Below are positions 28,052-37,451 of a DNA stretch of 64,000 nucleotides, piece after piece. The notes beneath the pieces are model-generated. The model was given only the letters and a program-made list of their open reading frames with translations, had not been told where the DNA came from and did not search any database. Origin of the DNA: Candidatus Gorgyraea atricola. GTDB lineage: Bacteria > Omnitrophota > Gorgyraeia > Gorgyraeales > Gorgyraeaceae. The stretch covers positions 12,939 through 76,938 of the forward strand of contig JAVCCW010000029.1 in assembly GCA_030765235.1 (NCBI GenBank), in the 5' to 3' direction. Every line of letters begins with the position of its first letter. Within the stretch, counting starts at the first letter, position 1. The position numbers and the translations under genes were made by a program.

Positions 28052-29131
28052 ATGAAAAAACTAAATTCTGATCATGAGGCAATGCTGTACAAGAAACTAT
28101 CAGATGATAGGGTCCAGTGCAGTTTATGCCCGAGAAGGTGCGTGATAGCTGAAGGCGAGAGAGGATTCTGTAAAGTAAGAGAGAATAAAAAGGGCACGCT
28201 TTACGCTATCAGCTATGGCAAGGCAGTGCATATAGCGGAAGAGCTCATGGAGACTGAGGCAGTGTTTCATTTTGAACCTGGAAGCCGCATACTCTCTCTT
28301 GGAAATGTAGGCTGTAATCTTTCTTGCCTGTATTGTCAGAACTGGAGATTTTCTCAGATAGAACATCTGGATGAAAACGTCATATTTGACTATACGCCTG
28401 AGCAGGTCGTTAAGACCGCGCTGGAAAAGGGCATAAAGGTGCTTTCATGGACCTATAACGATCCTGTTATATGGTTTGAATTTGTCATGGATACAGCCAG
28501 GCTTGCTAAGAAACACGGCATTATTAACCTCTTTAAGTCAGCCATGTTTATAAACCCAGAGGCCCTAGAGCAGTTGATGGATGTGATAGATATCTTTAGC
28601 ATCTCTGTAAAGAGCCTGAACTCTGAATTTTACAAAGAGTTTACCGGGGGCTGGATAGATCCAGTGCTTAAGGCTGTTAAGCAGGTTTTCGATGCAGGCA
28701 GGCATCACATAGAGATAAGCAATCTCGTAGTCACTGGCGCAAATGACAGTGAAAAGGATTATTTACAATTTATTAATTGGGTAAAGAAGGATCTTTCCGC
28801 GGATATCCCGATTCATTTTGTGCGTTTTCATCCGAATTATAAATATACACACGTTGCCCGCCCTTCCATAGATACCCTTGAGAAGGCAGAGAGATTAGCA
28901 AAGGCCTCTGGCATAAAACACTGCTATCTCGGCAATGTATTTATGCACGAAGGCGCGAATACATACTGTAGTCATTGCAGCAATCTGCTGGTTGAAAGAA
29001 GGGGCTTAAACGCAGATGCGGTTGGCTTAAAGGCCTCTAACAGCGGCTATATATGCAGTAAATGTAAGTCGAGTACACCGATAAAGATGATAAATATAAA
29101 GGAGGGCACTCATGAAATCACTAAGGCATAA
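28052..29131 (+). CDS. Radical SAM enzyme (AmmeMemoRadiSam / PFL-activase-like subfamily).
   Basis: 'CSLCPRRCVIAEGERGFCKVREN', then 'GCNLSCLYCQNW' (CxxxCxxC) and a C-terminal Cys cluster. Confidence 0.7.
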   Translation: MKKLNSDHEAMLYKKLSDDRVQCSLCPRRCVIAEGERGFCKVRENKKGTLYAISYGKAVHIAEELMETEAVFHFEPGSRILSLGNVGCNLSCLYCQNWRFSQIEHLDENVIFDYTPEQVVKTALEKGIKVLSWTYNDPVIWFEFVMDTARLAKKHGIINLFKSAMFINPEALEQLMDVIDIFSISVKSLNSEFYKEFTGGWIDPVLKAVKQVFDAGRHHIEISNLVVTGANDSEKDYLQFINWVKKDLSADIPIHFVRFHPNYKYTHVARPSIDTLEKAERLAKASGIKHCYLGNVFMHEGANTYCSHCSNLLVERRGLNADAVGLKASNSGYICSKCKSSTPIKMINIKEGTHEITKA

Positions 29132-29435
29132 ATGGGATAAGGATATTTGGCTCCTGCATCTTGAAGCAGATAATAATAACGGAGGCACTAAATCTATTGT
29201 CTATTCTCGTGTTATATGGAATGGCAATGGCGGCTTAAACGGGCCTAAGACCAGTGTCCCTGTAAAATCCGGGGAGAGTTACAGGTTTATACTGTCCAAA
29301 AACAGCATGGATGAGGTAGGCGTGGATATCAGATTTGAAAAAGGGCTTGCAGTAAAGATCTTCAGGCTCCAGGACAGGGCTTATCTGCCAGGGGATTCTG
29401 ATATAGTCTTTTCAAGTGAGGGGACATTAAATTGA
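29112..29435 (+). CDS. Hypothetical small protein.
   Basis: ORF only. Overlaps its neighbours by 4-20 nt. Confidence 0.3.
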   Translation: MKSLRHKWDKDIWLLHLEADNNNGGTKSIVYSRVIWNGNGGLNGPKTSVPVKSGESYRFILSKNSMDEVGVDIRFEKGLAVKIFRLQDRAYLPGDSDIVFSSEGTLN

Positions 29436-32400
29436 AAAAGATAGCTTTTCTTAATTCAACTTTAAATATTGGCGGCGCTGAAAAACTGGGCTACGAGATA
29501 ATGCGGGACCTCGATAAGGCCAGGTTTACGGTCAAGTCATTCTGTCTTTATGGGCCTGGCGTTATTGGGAAAAGGCTCACTTCAGAAGGCATAGACCTTA
29601 CGCACAGCCTTATGCGCAATAAATACGATTTTTTAGTAATATTCAGATTGATAAAGGCGCTAAAGGCTGAAGAAATAGACATACTGTATCTTGAGAGTTC
29701 GCCGCTGGTTCTATTTTGGGGATTTATATGCGGAAGGATAGCCAGGATCCCATATATTTATACAACGATCCATACCATGAGAAAGCCAGAGGCGTGGAAG
29801 AGATATAAATCAGGCATTATAAATAGATTAATATTGCGCAGGTTAGACAGAGTGGGTGTACCTTCAAGGATCAAATACGATTCCCTTATAAAAGAATATG
29901 GTCTTGATTCAAAAAAGCTCGAGCTGATCCAAAACGGCATAGACATAAAGAAGTTTGATAGGCTGAAAAAGGCCAATGGGTTAAAAAAAGAATTAGGCAT
30001 CTCACGCGATCAGAAGATCATAGGTATAGTAGGAAGATTAGTAAATGAAAAGGCGCATGATGTTTTTTTAAAGGCAGCGCAGCATATTATCGGATCCGAG
30101 CCGAATGTCAAATTTTTGATCATAGGAGATGGCGAAGAAAAGAAGAATCTCAAGGCCCTGGCAGATGGTCTGGGCATTTCAAAGAACGTGATATTTATTG
30201 ATAAAGGCAAGGATACAGAGAACATCCCAGGGCTTATTTCTATATTTGATGTAGCAGTGCTTTCCTCAAGAATGGAATTATTCCCTCTGGTGTTATTAGA
30301 ATACATGGCAGCATCCAAGCCTATAGTAGCGACAAGGGTGGGCGGAAATCCGGAGATCATCGTGCATGGCGAATCAGGGATCATTGTTCCGCCTGAGGAT
30401 CCAAAGGCCCTTGCAGAAAATGTCATAGCGATATTAAAAGACAAGGACATGGGCAGCAGTATGGCGGCCCTGGCAAGAAAAAGGGTCAAGAAAGAATTTT
30501 CTCTGGAGCGGATGGTAGAGAGAACAGAGAGATTCTTTCTGAATCCAGCGCCAAGATATTTTAAAACCCACATAATCCTGGCAGGCCCTGGCCTTTCAGT
30601 AAAAGGCGGGATATCGTCTTTTGCGAGAAATTATCTGAGCTCGCGATCGCCGGAAGGATCGAAGATAACATATCACGCGACAACAATAGACGGCAGTAAG
30701 ATACTCAAGACCTTTTTCTTCTTAAAAAGTTTTTTACTTTTTGCCGCTAAATTAGTTTTTGATAGGACCATAAAGATAGTACATGTCTGCAGTTCCTCAA
30801 AAGGCAGTTTTTACAGAAAAGCGATGATATTGATCCTGTCCAGGCTTTTTAAAAAGGCCACTATTTTTCATATACATGGTGGAGGTTTTCACCTGTTTCA
30901 TGATAGAGGAACTATATTGCGGAAGTTTTTCATAAGAAAGGTATTAGATATAACTGATTCAATAATAGTCCTGTCAGAGTCATGCCTTTTAGATATCAAG
31001 GGAATCACAAAAAACAGGAATATAAAAGTGATACCTAATCCTATAGATACCTCTGATTTTATATCAATTAGAGGCAGTAGAGATAATTCTAGTCTGAATG
31101 TCTTTACCGCGGGCAGGCTTTACTGGCTTAAAGGCACATATGACATATTGGATATAATTCCGCGCATCTTAAAAGAGATACCAGGCGTGAAGTTTCACCT
31201 GGCAGGTGATGGAGATGTGGAAAAGGTCAGAGAGATCGTCAGGAATAAGGGAATAGAAAAGAACGTATTTTTACCAGGCTGGCTCGATAAGCATGGATTA
31301 ATAAAAAATCTTAAAGACGCCGGTATATTTTTACTGCCTTCATATACTGAGGGGCTTCCAGTAGCCATGCTCGAGGCAATGGCATCGGGTTTACCTGTTG
31401 TCTCTACAAGAGTAGGCGGTATACCTGAGCTGGTAGAGGACGGGGTCAATGGATTTTTAGTAGAACCCGGGGAAAAGCAGAAGCTGGGAAACAGGATCAT
31501 AAAACTGCTTAAGGACGCGGATCTAAGAAACAGGATGGGCAAGAATAACATCGATAAGATAGACAGGTTCTTCAGGCTGGATCGTATCGTAGGTAAATTC
31601 TACAAGGAGTACGAGCGTTTGGTCGAGGTTTCGCCTCGACCAGGCAGGTTAAGATGGTATATCAAGAGGCTATCCTGTATGTCTACCCTGGAGATTATTC
31701 ACAGGATGGGCAGTATGGTACAGGCTGAGGTAAAAAGGTTTTCCAGGGGCAATGTAGATATAGACAGGCTCTTGAAGAAGAAGATCGCGCCGCGGACATT
31801 TTATTTTAAGGATAATGCAATAAAGGAATTTTCAAGGCTCTTCCCTGGCAGATCAAAGGATATCCTCAGAGAGGCTGATGAGATCTCCGCTCACAGGTTT
31901 AAGATCTTTGATCTGGATTGGGATGCCGGTAAAGACATAGACTGGCATAAAGATATTCTTACAGGCAAAACATGGCCTTTAGTATATCAGGCCGATATAG
32001 ATTTTAAAAATAACCACGATTCCAAGGAGATAAGGTTTATATGGGAATTGAACAGACATCAGCATCTTGTAACATTGGCCAAGGCATATTTTTTAACAAA
32101 AGACAAAAGATATAAAGAAGAGGCAAGGGGTCAGATCCTTTCATGGATAGAACAAAATCCTCCTTATAAGGGGGTTAATTGGACAAGCGCGCTTGAGGTA
32201 AGCCTGAGATTAATATCGTGGTGCTGGGCCTATAAGTTTATAGGGATAGATGAAGACAGGGATGAGTTTTTGAGATCTGTATACCTGCAGACTAAATTTA
32301 TAGAGCGTAATCTTTCTAAATATTCATCCGCGAATAATCATCTGATCGGCGAGGCGTGCGGCTTAATAATCACAGCGTTGAGTTTTCCAGAATTCAAGGA

Positions 32401-33607
32401 TTCTGACAGGTGGCTATATAAAGGTAAATCTATCCTGTTCAGGGAGATCCTCCGGCAGGTACATCCTGATGGAGTCACAAAGGAACAGGCATTCCATTAT
32501 CAGGGATTTATTATGGAACTTTTTGTGCTCGCAGCGGAGCTTCTTATAAAGAACAACATAAAAATCCCCAGGAAAGTCATGGACAGGTTCTTTTCCATGT
32601 CTGAATTCGTAATGAATATCATTGATTCTAAAGGCAAGGCGCCTCTTGTCGGAGATTCTGATGATGGAAGGGCTATAAGATTATCCAATAGTGAAGATTT
32701 TAGCCTGTTTAAGTCTATTTTGACAAGCGCATGTATTTTATCGCAGAGGGGTGATTTTAAAAGTAAAGGCGGTACCTTTAGCGAAGAGCATTTTTGGATA
32801 TTCGGGCTTAAAGGATATAAGGCTTATCGATCTATCAGGACTAAAAGGCCCGCGCTGGGTTCAAGGCTTTTTAAAAAAGGCGGCTATGCTGTTTTTAGAA
32901 ATGGCAAAGATGAAGTGCTTTTAATGGACTGCGGGAAACTGGGTTATGGGTCAATAGCAGCTCATGGCCATGCAGATCTTTTGAGCGTAACGCTGGTTGC
33001 AAATGGCGCGGAACTCTTAGTGGATCCCGGAACTTATTTATATCATACAGGAGGCGTATGGAGGGACTATTTTAGAGGCACAAGAGCTCATAATACAGTT
33101 ACGCTGGACGACAATAATCAATCAGAGATAACAGGCCCTTTTATGTGGGGCAAAAGGCCTTTACCCAGGATAGAAAAGTGGAAAAGCTCCAAAGACATGG
33201 ATTATATATCTGCCGCGTATAAAAATTCCAGGATCAGCCACAGGAGGACCATCTATTTTGATAAAAAGAAAGGGCTGTGGCGCATAGAGGATTTCTTGAA
33301 TACAGCCAGGCAGAGCACAGTAAGACAGTATTTTCACTTGTCTCCAGCAGTAAAGATCAGGCTGTTGGATCCCAATGTGATCGAGGTAGAGAATCAGGGG
33401 ATATATTTATATATAACATTGGATAGCCGTTTAACAGTTGATGTAAAAAAGGGTAGGTTGGATCCTATTTTGGGCTGGAGCTCAGATATATTTGGCACAA
33501 AGGTAGAGAGTCCAACGCTTGTCAATACAGCTGTTATAGGCAGTTCAAGGAAATTCACAACGTTTTTGCGTGTCTCAAATAGAAAACTGTCGAGGATAGA
33601 AGTATGA
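29432..33607 (+). CDS. Tri-domain fusion: GT4 glycosyltransferase + second GT4 glycosyltransferase + heparinase II/III-like (alginate-lyase-superfamily) C-terminal domain.
   Basis: 'RMELFPLVLLEYMAASKPIVATRVGGNPEII', 'EGLPVAMLEAMASGLPVVSTRVGGIPELVEDGVNGFLV', and Hepar_II_III-like 'AAHGHADLLSVTLVANGAELLVDPGTYLY...RGTRAHNTVTLDD'. Confidence 0.8.
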   Translation: MKKIAFLNSTLNIGGAEKLGYEIMRDLDKARFTVKSFCLYGPGVIGKRLTSEGIDLTHSLMRNKYDFLVIFRLIKALKAEEIDILYLESSPLVLFWGFICGRIARIPYIYTTIHTMRKPEAWKRYKSGIINRLILRRLDRVGVPSRIKYDSLIKEYGLDSKKLELIQNGIDIKKFDRLKKANGLKKELGISRDQKIIGIVGRLVNEKAHDVFLKAAQHIIGSEPNVKFLIIGDGEEKKNLKALADGLGISKNVIFIDKGKDTENIPGLISIFDVAVLSSRMELFPLVLLEYMAASKPIVATRVGGNPEIIVHGESGIIVPPEDPKALAENVIAILKDKDMGSSMAALARKRVKKEFSLERMVERTERFFLNPAPRYFKTHIILAGPGLSVKGGISSFARNYLSSRSPEGSKITYHATTIDGSKILKTFFFLKSFLLFAAKLVFDRTIKIVHVCSSSKGSFYRKAMILILSRLFKKATIFHIHGGGFHLFHDRGTILRKFFIRKVLDITDSIIVLSESCLLDIKGITKNRNIKVIPNPIDTSDFISIRGSRDNSSLNVFTAGRLYWLKGTYDILDIIPRILKEIPGVKFHLAGDGDVEKVREIVRNKGIEKNVFLPGWLDKHGLIKNLKDAGIFLLPSYTEGLPVAMLEAMASGLPVVSTRVGGIPELVEDGVNGFLVEPGEKQKLGNRIIKLLKDADLRNRMGKNNIDKIDRFFRLDRIVGKFYKEYERLVEVSPRPGRLRWYIKRLSCMSTLEIIHRMGSMVQAEVKRFSRGNVDIDRLLKKKIAPRTFYFKDNAIKEFSRLFPGRSKDILREADEISAHRFKIFDLDWDAGKDIDWHKDILTGKTWPLVYQADIDFKNNHDSKEIRFIWELNRHQHLVTLAKAYFLTKDKRYKEEARGQILSWIEQNPPYKGVNWTSALEVSLRLISWCWAYKFIGIDEDRDEFLRSVYLQTKFIERNLSKYSSANNHLIGEACGLIITALSFPEFKDSDRWLYKGKSILFREILRQVHPDGVTKEQAFHYQGFIMELFVLAAELLIKNNIKIPRKVMDRFFSMSEFVMNIIDSKGKAPLVGDSDDGRAIRLSNSEDFSLFKSILTSACILSQRGDFKSKGGTFSEEHFWIFGLKGYKAYRSIRTKRPALGSRLFKKGGYAVFRNGKDEVLLMDCGKLGYGSIAAHGHADLLSVTLVANGAELLVDPGTYLYHTGGVWRDYFRGTRAHNTVTLDDNNQSEITGPFMWGKRPLPRIEKWKSSKDMDYISAAYKNSRISHRRTIYFDKKKGLWRIEDFLNTARQSTVRQYFHLSPAVKIRLLDPNVIEVENQGIYLYITLDSRLTVDVKKGRLDPILGWSSDIFGTKVESPTLVNTAVIGSSRKFTTFLRVSNRKLSRIEV

Positions 33608-34878
33608 AGAAAAAAAAGACTTTAAGTATATTTGGACTTGGATATGTAGGCGTGGTCACAGCAGCCTGTCTTGCTGAACAGGGCTATCACATCATAGGTG
33701 TCGATGTCAGCAGGAAAAAGCTGGACCTTATAAACAAAGGCAAGAGTCCTATTGTCGAGAAAGGCATTGATGACCTTGTATCCAAGACAGTCAAGAGAAA
33801 GAGGTTTTGCGTAACTGACTCTGCGATGTACGCGATATCAAATAGCGAAGTTTCAATAGTGTGCGTTGGTACACCTTCCATGGAAAACGGCGCAATAGAC
33901 CTTTCGCATCTTAAGAATGTCTCAAGAGAGATAGGGGCTAGCCTAAAGGGACTGCGAAGATACCATATTATAGTCATAAGAAGCACTATGATGCCGGGCA
34001 CAACAGAAGATGTCGTTATCCCTATTATAGAAAAGGCCTCGTCCAAAAAGGCGTTTAAGGATTTTGGCGTGCTGGTCAATCCGGAATTTATGAGAGAGGG
34101 TAATTCCATAGAGGATTTTTACGCACCGGCAAAGGTGATAATCGGGAGTAGAAAAAAGCAAGATGAAAAGGTGTTGCGTTCGATATATGGATTCATCAAG
34201 GCGCCTTTTATTTCAACAGATTTTAAGACAGCGGAATTTTCAAAATATTTGGACAATGTTTTCCACGGCCTAAAGATAGTATTTGCCAATGAGATAGGGG
34301 CTTTTTCCAAGAGATTTGGCCTGGATGGAAAAAAGGCAATGGAGATCCTGTGCATGGATAAAAAGTCCAATATATCAGGCATGTATCTTAAGCCCGGGTT
34401 TGCCTTTGGAGGATCATGTCTTCCAAAGGATCTAAAGGCAGTCCTGCATAAGACAAAGATAGGGGAATTGGATCTGCCGCTTCTGGGGTCTATCGTAAAG
34501 AGTAATGACCTGGCTATTAGAAGGGCATTCGAGGCGATTAAAAAGACAGGTAAGAAAAAGATTACAATGCTGGGCCTGAGCTTTAAACCAGGGACAGATG
34601 ATCTAAGAGAGAGTCAGATGGTCAGGCTGGCAGAGCTTTTGATCGGTAAGGGCTATAAGTTAAAGATATACGATAAGAATGTATCTCTCGCGGCATTGAT
34701 GGGCGCTAACAGGACTTACATAGAAAATGAGATACCGCATATAGCGTCACTTTTATGCGGATCCATTAATGAGGCAATAAAGACTTCAGAGGTGATCGTG
34801 GTAGGGCATTCCGCAAAGGAATTTAAGAAGGCTATAAAGAAAATAAAAAAGAACCAGGTTTTAATAGATCTAACCTAA
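33604..34878 (+). CDS. Nucleotide-sugar (UDP-glucose/UDP-ManNAc) 6-dehydrogenase.
   Basis: Rossmann 'IFGLGYVGVVTAACLA' and catalytic 'GFAFGGSCLPKD'. Confidence 0.85.
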   Translation: MKKKKTLSIFGLGYVGVVTAACLAEQGYHIIGVDVSRKKLDLINKGKSPIVEKGIDDLVSKTVKRKRFCVTDSAMYAISNSEVSIVCVGTPSMENGAIDLSHLKNVSREIGASLKGLRRYHIIVIRSTMMPGTTEDVVIPIIEKASSKKAFKDFGVLVNPEFMREGNSIEDFYAPAKVIIGSRKKQDEKVLRSIYGFIKAPFISTDFKTAEFSKYLDNVFHGLKIVFANEIGAFSKRFGLDGKKAMEILCMDKKSNISGMYLKPGFAFGGSCLPKDLKAVLHKTKIGELDLPLLGSIVKSNDLAIRRAFEAIKKTGKKKITMLGLSFKPGTDDLRESQMVRLAELLIGKGYKLKIYDKNVSLAALMGANRTYIENEIPHIASLLCGSINEAIKTSEVIVVGHSAKEFKKAIKKIKKNQVLIDLT

Positions 34879-34888
34879 AGGGCATATT

Positions 34889-36277
34889 ATGAACGCAAAG
34901 GTCGCGATTTATAAACAGCATAGTTTACATTATTCAAATAGGGCGCCGTATTTTCCGCCGGCAATATTTGCAGAATATCCCTTTGCGAATAAGACAGTTG
35001 ATACAGGGAATGAGGCCTATTTTTCATTAAGGGAATTGTTTAAGATGCTTGATCTTGATTCTAAGAATTTTGGAAAAAATAACTGGAATCCTCTTTCTTT
35101 TCTTGTATCGCCAGGCCAGACAGTGCTTTTAAAGCCGAACCTTATGAGGCACTTTGCTGACAAGGGATCTACAGATAAGCTGATTACTCATGGCTCTGTG
35201 ATCAGGGCGATCGCAGATTATGTCTATATTGCTCTGAATGGCAAAGGCAGGATCATTATTGCTGATGGCCCAATGGATGATGGTGATTTTGGAAAGATAT
35301 GCAGGATCACGGGCCTGGACGAGATAAAGAGATTCTATAAGAAAAATGCCGGCTTTGATATCGAGATATATGACTTGAGGCAGGAACAGGTATTTAAAAA
35401 GGGCAATGAGATCATCCGCAGACTAAAGCTATCCGGTGATCCTATGGGCTATACAGCTATTGATTTATTCAAACACAGTGAATTCAAAAAAGACTCCTTG
35501 GACTATACGACATTCAAGGGGAGCGAATGTATAAGTTCTATCATGAATGCCCATCACAATGATAAGAAGAACGAATATCTTGTATCCAATACACTGCTTA
35601 ACGCGGATGTGGTCATTAATATTCCTAAACTCAAGACACACAACAAGGCTGGCGTTACGCTATCTCTTAAAAATATGGTAGGCATTACAGGTGACAGGAA
35701 CTGGCTGCCTCATTTTAAAGGGGTTTCATCAAAGTGCAATAGGATCAATAAGAGGGGCAGCAAGGTTTCATGTGTTTTGAATAAAGGGATCATCAAATAT
35801 CTTAAGGATAAAGTAAAGGAACTAAGAGGCCTCAGGGATTCTGATATAAAAAAGGGCAACTGGCATGGAAATAATATTATCTGGAGGATGATCTTAGACC
35901 TATCGCGAATAGTCATGTACGCGGATAAAAAAGGTAAGCTTCAGAAAGAGGTGCAGCGCAAGAATTTCTTTATTATAGACGGCATAGTCGGAGGAGAAGG
36001 GGATGGCCCTATGAATCCTGATCCAAAGCCGTGCGGCGTCTTAATGGCGGGTTTTGATAGCCTATGCGTAGACATGGCCGCGGCCAGGCTTATGGGGTTT
36101 GATCCTAAGCGTATCCCGCAATTTAAAAACTTCTCCAATAGTATATACAAGGATATCAAGGTTGTATCTAATTTACGCGATTGGGATAGATCTTTATCTC
36201 AGTTTAAAGGCAGGTGCCTGGGTTTTAAGCCGTTTTATGGATGGAGACATCATATAGAGGTAAAAGATGAAAAATAA
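34889..36277 (+). CDS. DUF362-domain protein.
   Basis: 'VINIPKLKTHNKAGVTLSLKNMVGITG' matches the DUF362 signature. Confidence 0.5.
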   Translation: MNAKVAIYKQHSLHYSNRAPYFPPAIFAEYPFANKTVDTGNEAYFSLRELFKMLDLDSKNFGKNNWNPLSFLVSPGQTVLLKPNLMRHFADKGSTDKLITHGSVIRAIADYVYIALNGKGRIIIADGPMDDGDFGKICRITGLDEIKRFYKKNAGFDIEIYDLRQEQVFKKGNEIIRRLKLSGDPMGYTAIDLFKHSEFKKDSLDYTTFKGSECISSIMNAHHNDKKNEYLVSNTLLNADVVINIPKLKTHNKAGVTLSLKNMVGITGDRNWLPHFKGVSSKCNRINKRGSKVSCVLNKGIIKYLKDKVKELRGLRDSDIKKGNWHGNNIIWRMILDLSRIVMYADKKGKLQKEVQRKNFFIIDGIVGGEGDGPMNPDPKPCGVLMAGFDSLCVDMAAARLMGFDPKRIPQFKNFSNSIYKDIKVVSNLRDWDRSLSQFKGRCLGFKPFYGWRHHIEVKDEK

Positions 36278-37451
36278 AAGCGTTTTGATAATAGTAGAAA
36301 ATCTATCCGTACCTTTTGACAGGCGCGTGTGGCTGGAGGCAAGGGCGTTAAAAGAGAACGGCTATGGTGTCAGCGTTATTTGCCCTAGATCTGGAAAAGA
36401 TAAAGGTTTTGAAGTCCTTGAAGGCATAAATATATACAGGTATAAGCCCGCCCCTAATACAAAAGGCGTTTTAAGCTACGTGTTTGAATTTTCGTATTGT
36501 TTTATCATGACATTTTTATTGAGCATATGGATAGCATTGAGACACAGCTTTGACATAATCCACGCGTGCAATCCACCAGATACATTTTTTGCCATAGGAC
36601 TGTTCTATAAATTATTTGGCAAGAAGTTCTATTTTGACCAGCATGATCTTTGCCCGGAGGTATATCTCGCGAAATACGGCATGAATAAAAAGGACTTTCT
36701 TTATAAGGCCCTTCTCGCGCTTGAATTCCTGACATATAAAACAGCGGATAAGGTCATTGTCACGAATGATTCTTACAGGCAGATCGCTATTGCAAGGGGA
36801 AAGCTGGATCCTGAAAAGGTCGTTGTAGTCAGGACGTCCCCGGAATTAGAGAGATTTAAAAGGACACCCTCTGACGCGGCGCTTAAACGCGGGAAAAAAT
36901 TTCTTGTTTCTTATCTTGGCGTCATGGCCCCCCAGGATGGCGTGGATTATCTTTTGGTCGCGATAAACATCATTATAAACAAGTATAAACGCGACGATAT
37001 AATGTTTACTTTAATAGGGAGCGGGGATTCTATCGAGGATCTAAAGAATCTAAGAGAGGAATTGGGTCTCGATGGAGCGGTCTTATTTACCGGCAGGATC
37101 CCTGATGAAGAGCTTTTTAAATATTTGTCCAGTTCTGATGTATGTGTCGCGCCGGATCCAAAGAGCCCTTTAAATGATAAGTCCACCATGAATAAGATCC
37201 TGGAATATATGGCAATGGAAAGGCCAATAGTCTCTTTTGATCTAAAGGAATCCAGGTATTCAGCGGGTGACGCGGCGCTTTATGCCAAGCCGAACAATAT
37301 CGAAGAATTTGCCAAAAATATCATTGAATTGGTAGATGACGCGCGGCGCAGAGAGAAGATGGGAAAGCTTGGTTACCAGCGCCTTAAGGGCGAGCTTTCA
37401 TGGGAATACAACAAGAAGAGGTTAATAGATGCGTATAGAGGATCTATCTAA
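36267..37451 (+). CDS. Glycosyltransferase family 4 (WbuB-like).
   Basis: 'EYMAMERPIVSFDLKESRYSAGDAALYA' C-terminal GT4 motif region. Confidence 0.8.
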   Translation: MKNKSVLIIVENLSVPFDRRVWLEARALKENGYGVSVICPRSGKDKGFEVLEGINIYRYKPAPNTKGVLSYVFEFSYCFIMTFLLSIWIALRHSFDIIHACNPPDTFFAIGLFYKLFGKKFYFDQHDLCPEVYLAKYGMNKKDFLYKALLALEFLTYKTADKVIVTNDSYRQIAIARGKLDPEKVVVVRTSPELERFKRTPSDAALKRGKKFLVSYLGVMAPQDGVDYLLVAINIIINKYKRDDIMFTLIGSGDSIEDLKNLREELGLDGAVLFTGRIPDEELFKYLSSSDVCVAPDPKSPLNDKSTMNKILEYMAMERPIVSFDLKESRYSAGDAALYAKPNNIEEFAKNIIELVDDARRREKMGKLGYQRLKGELSWEYNKKRLIDAYRGSI

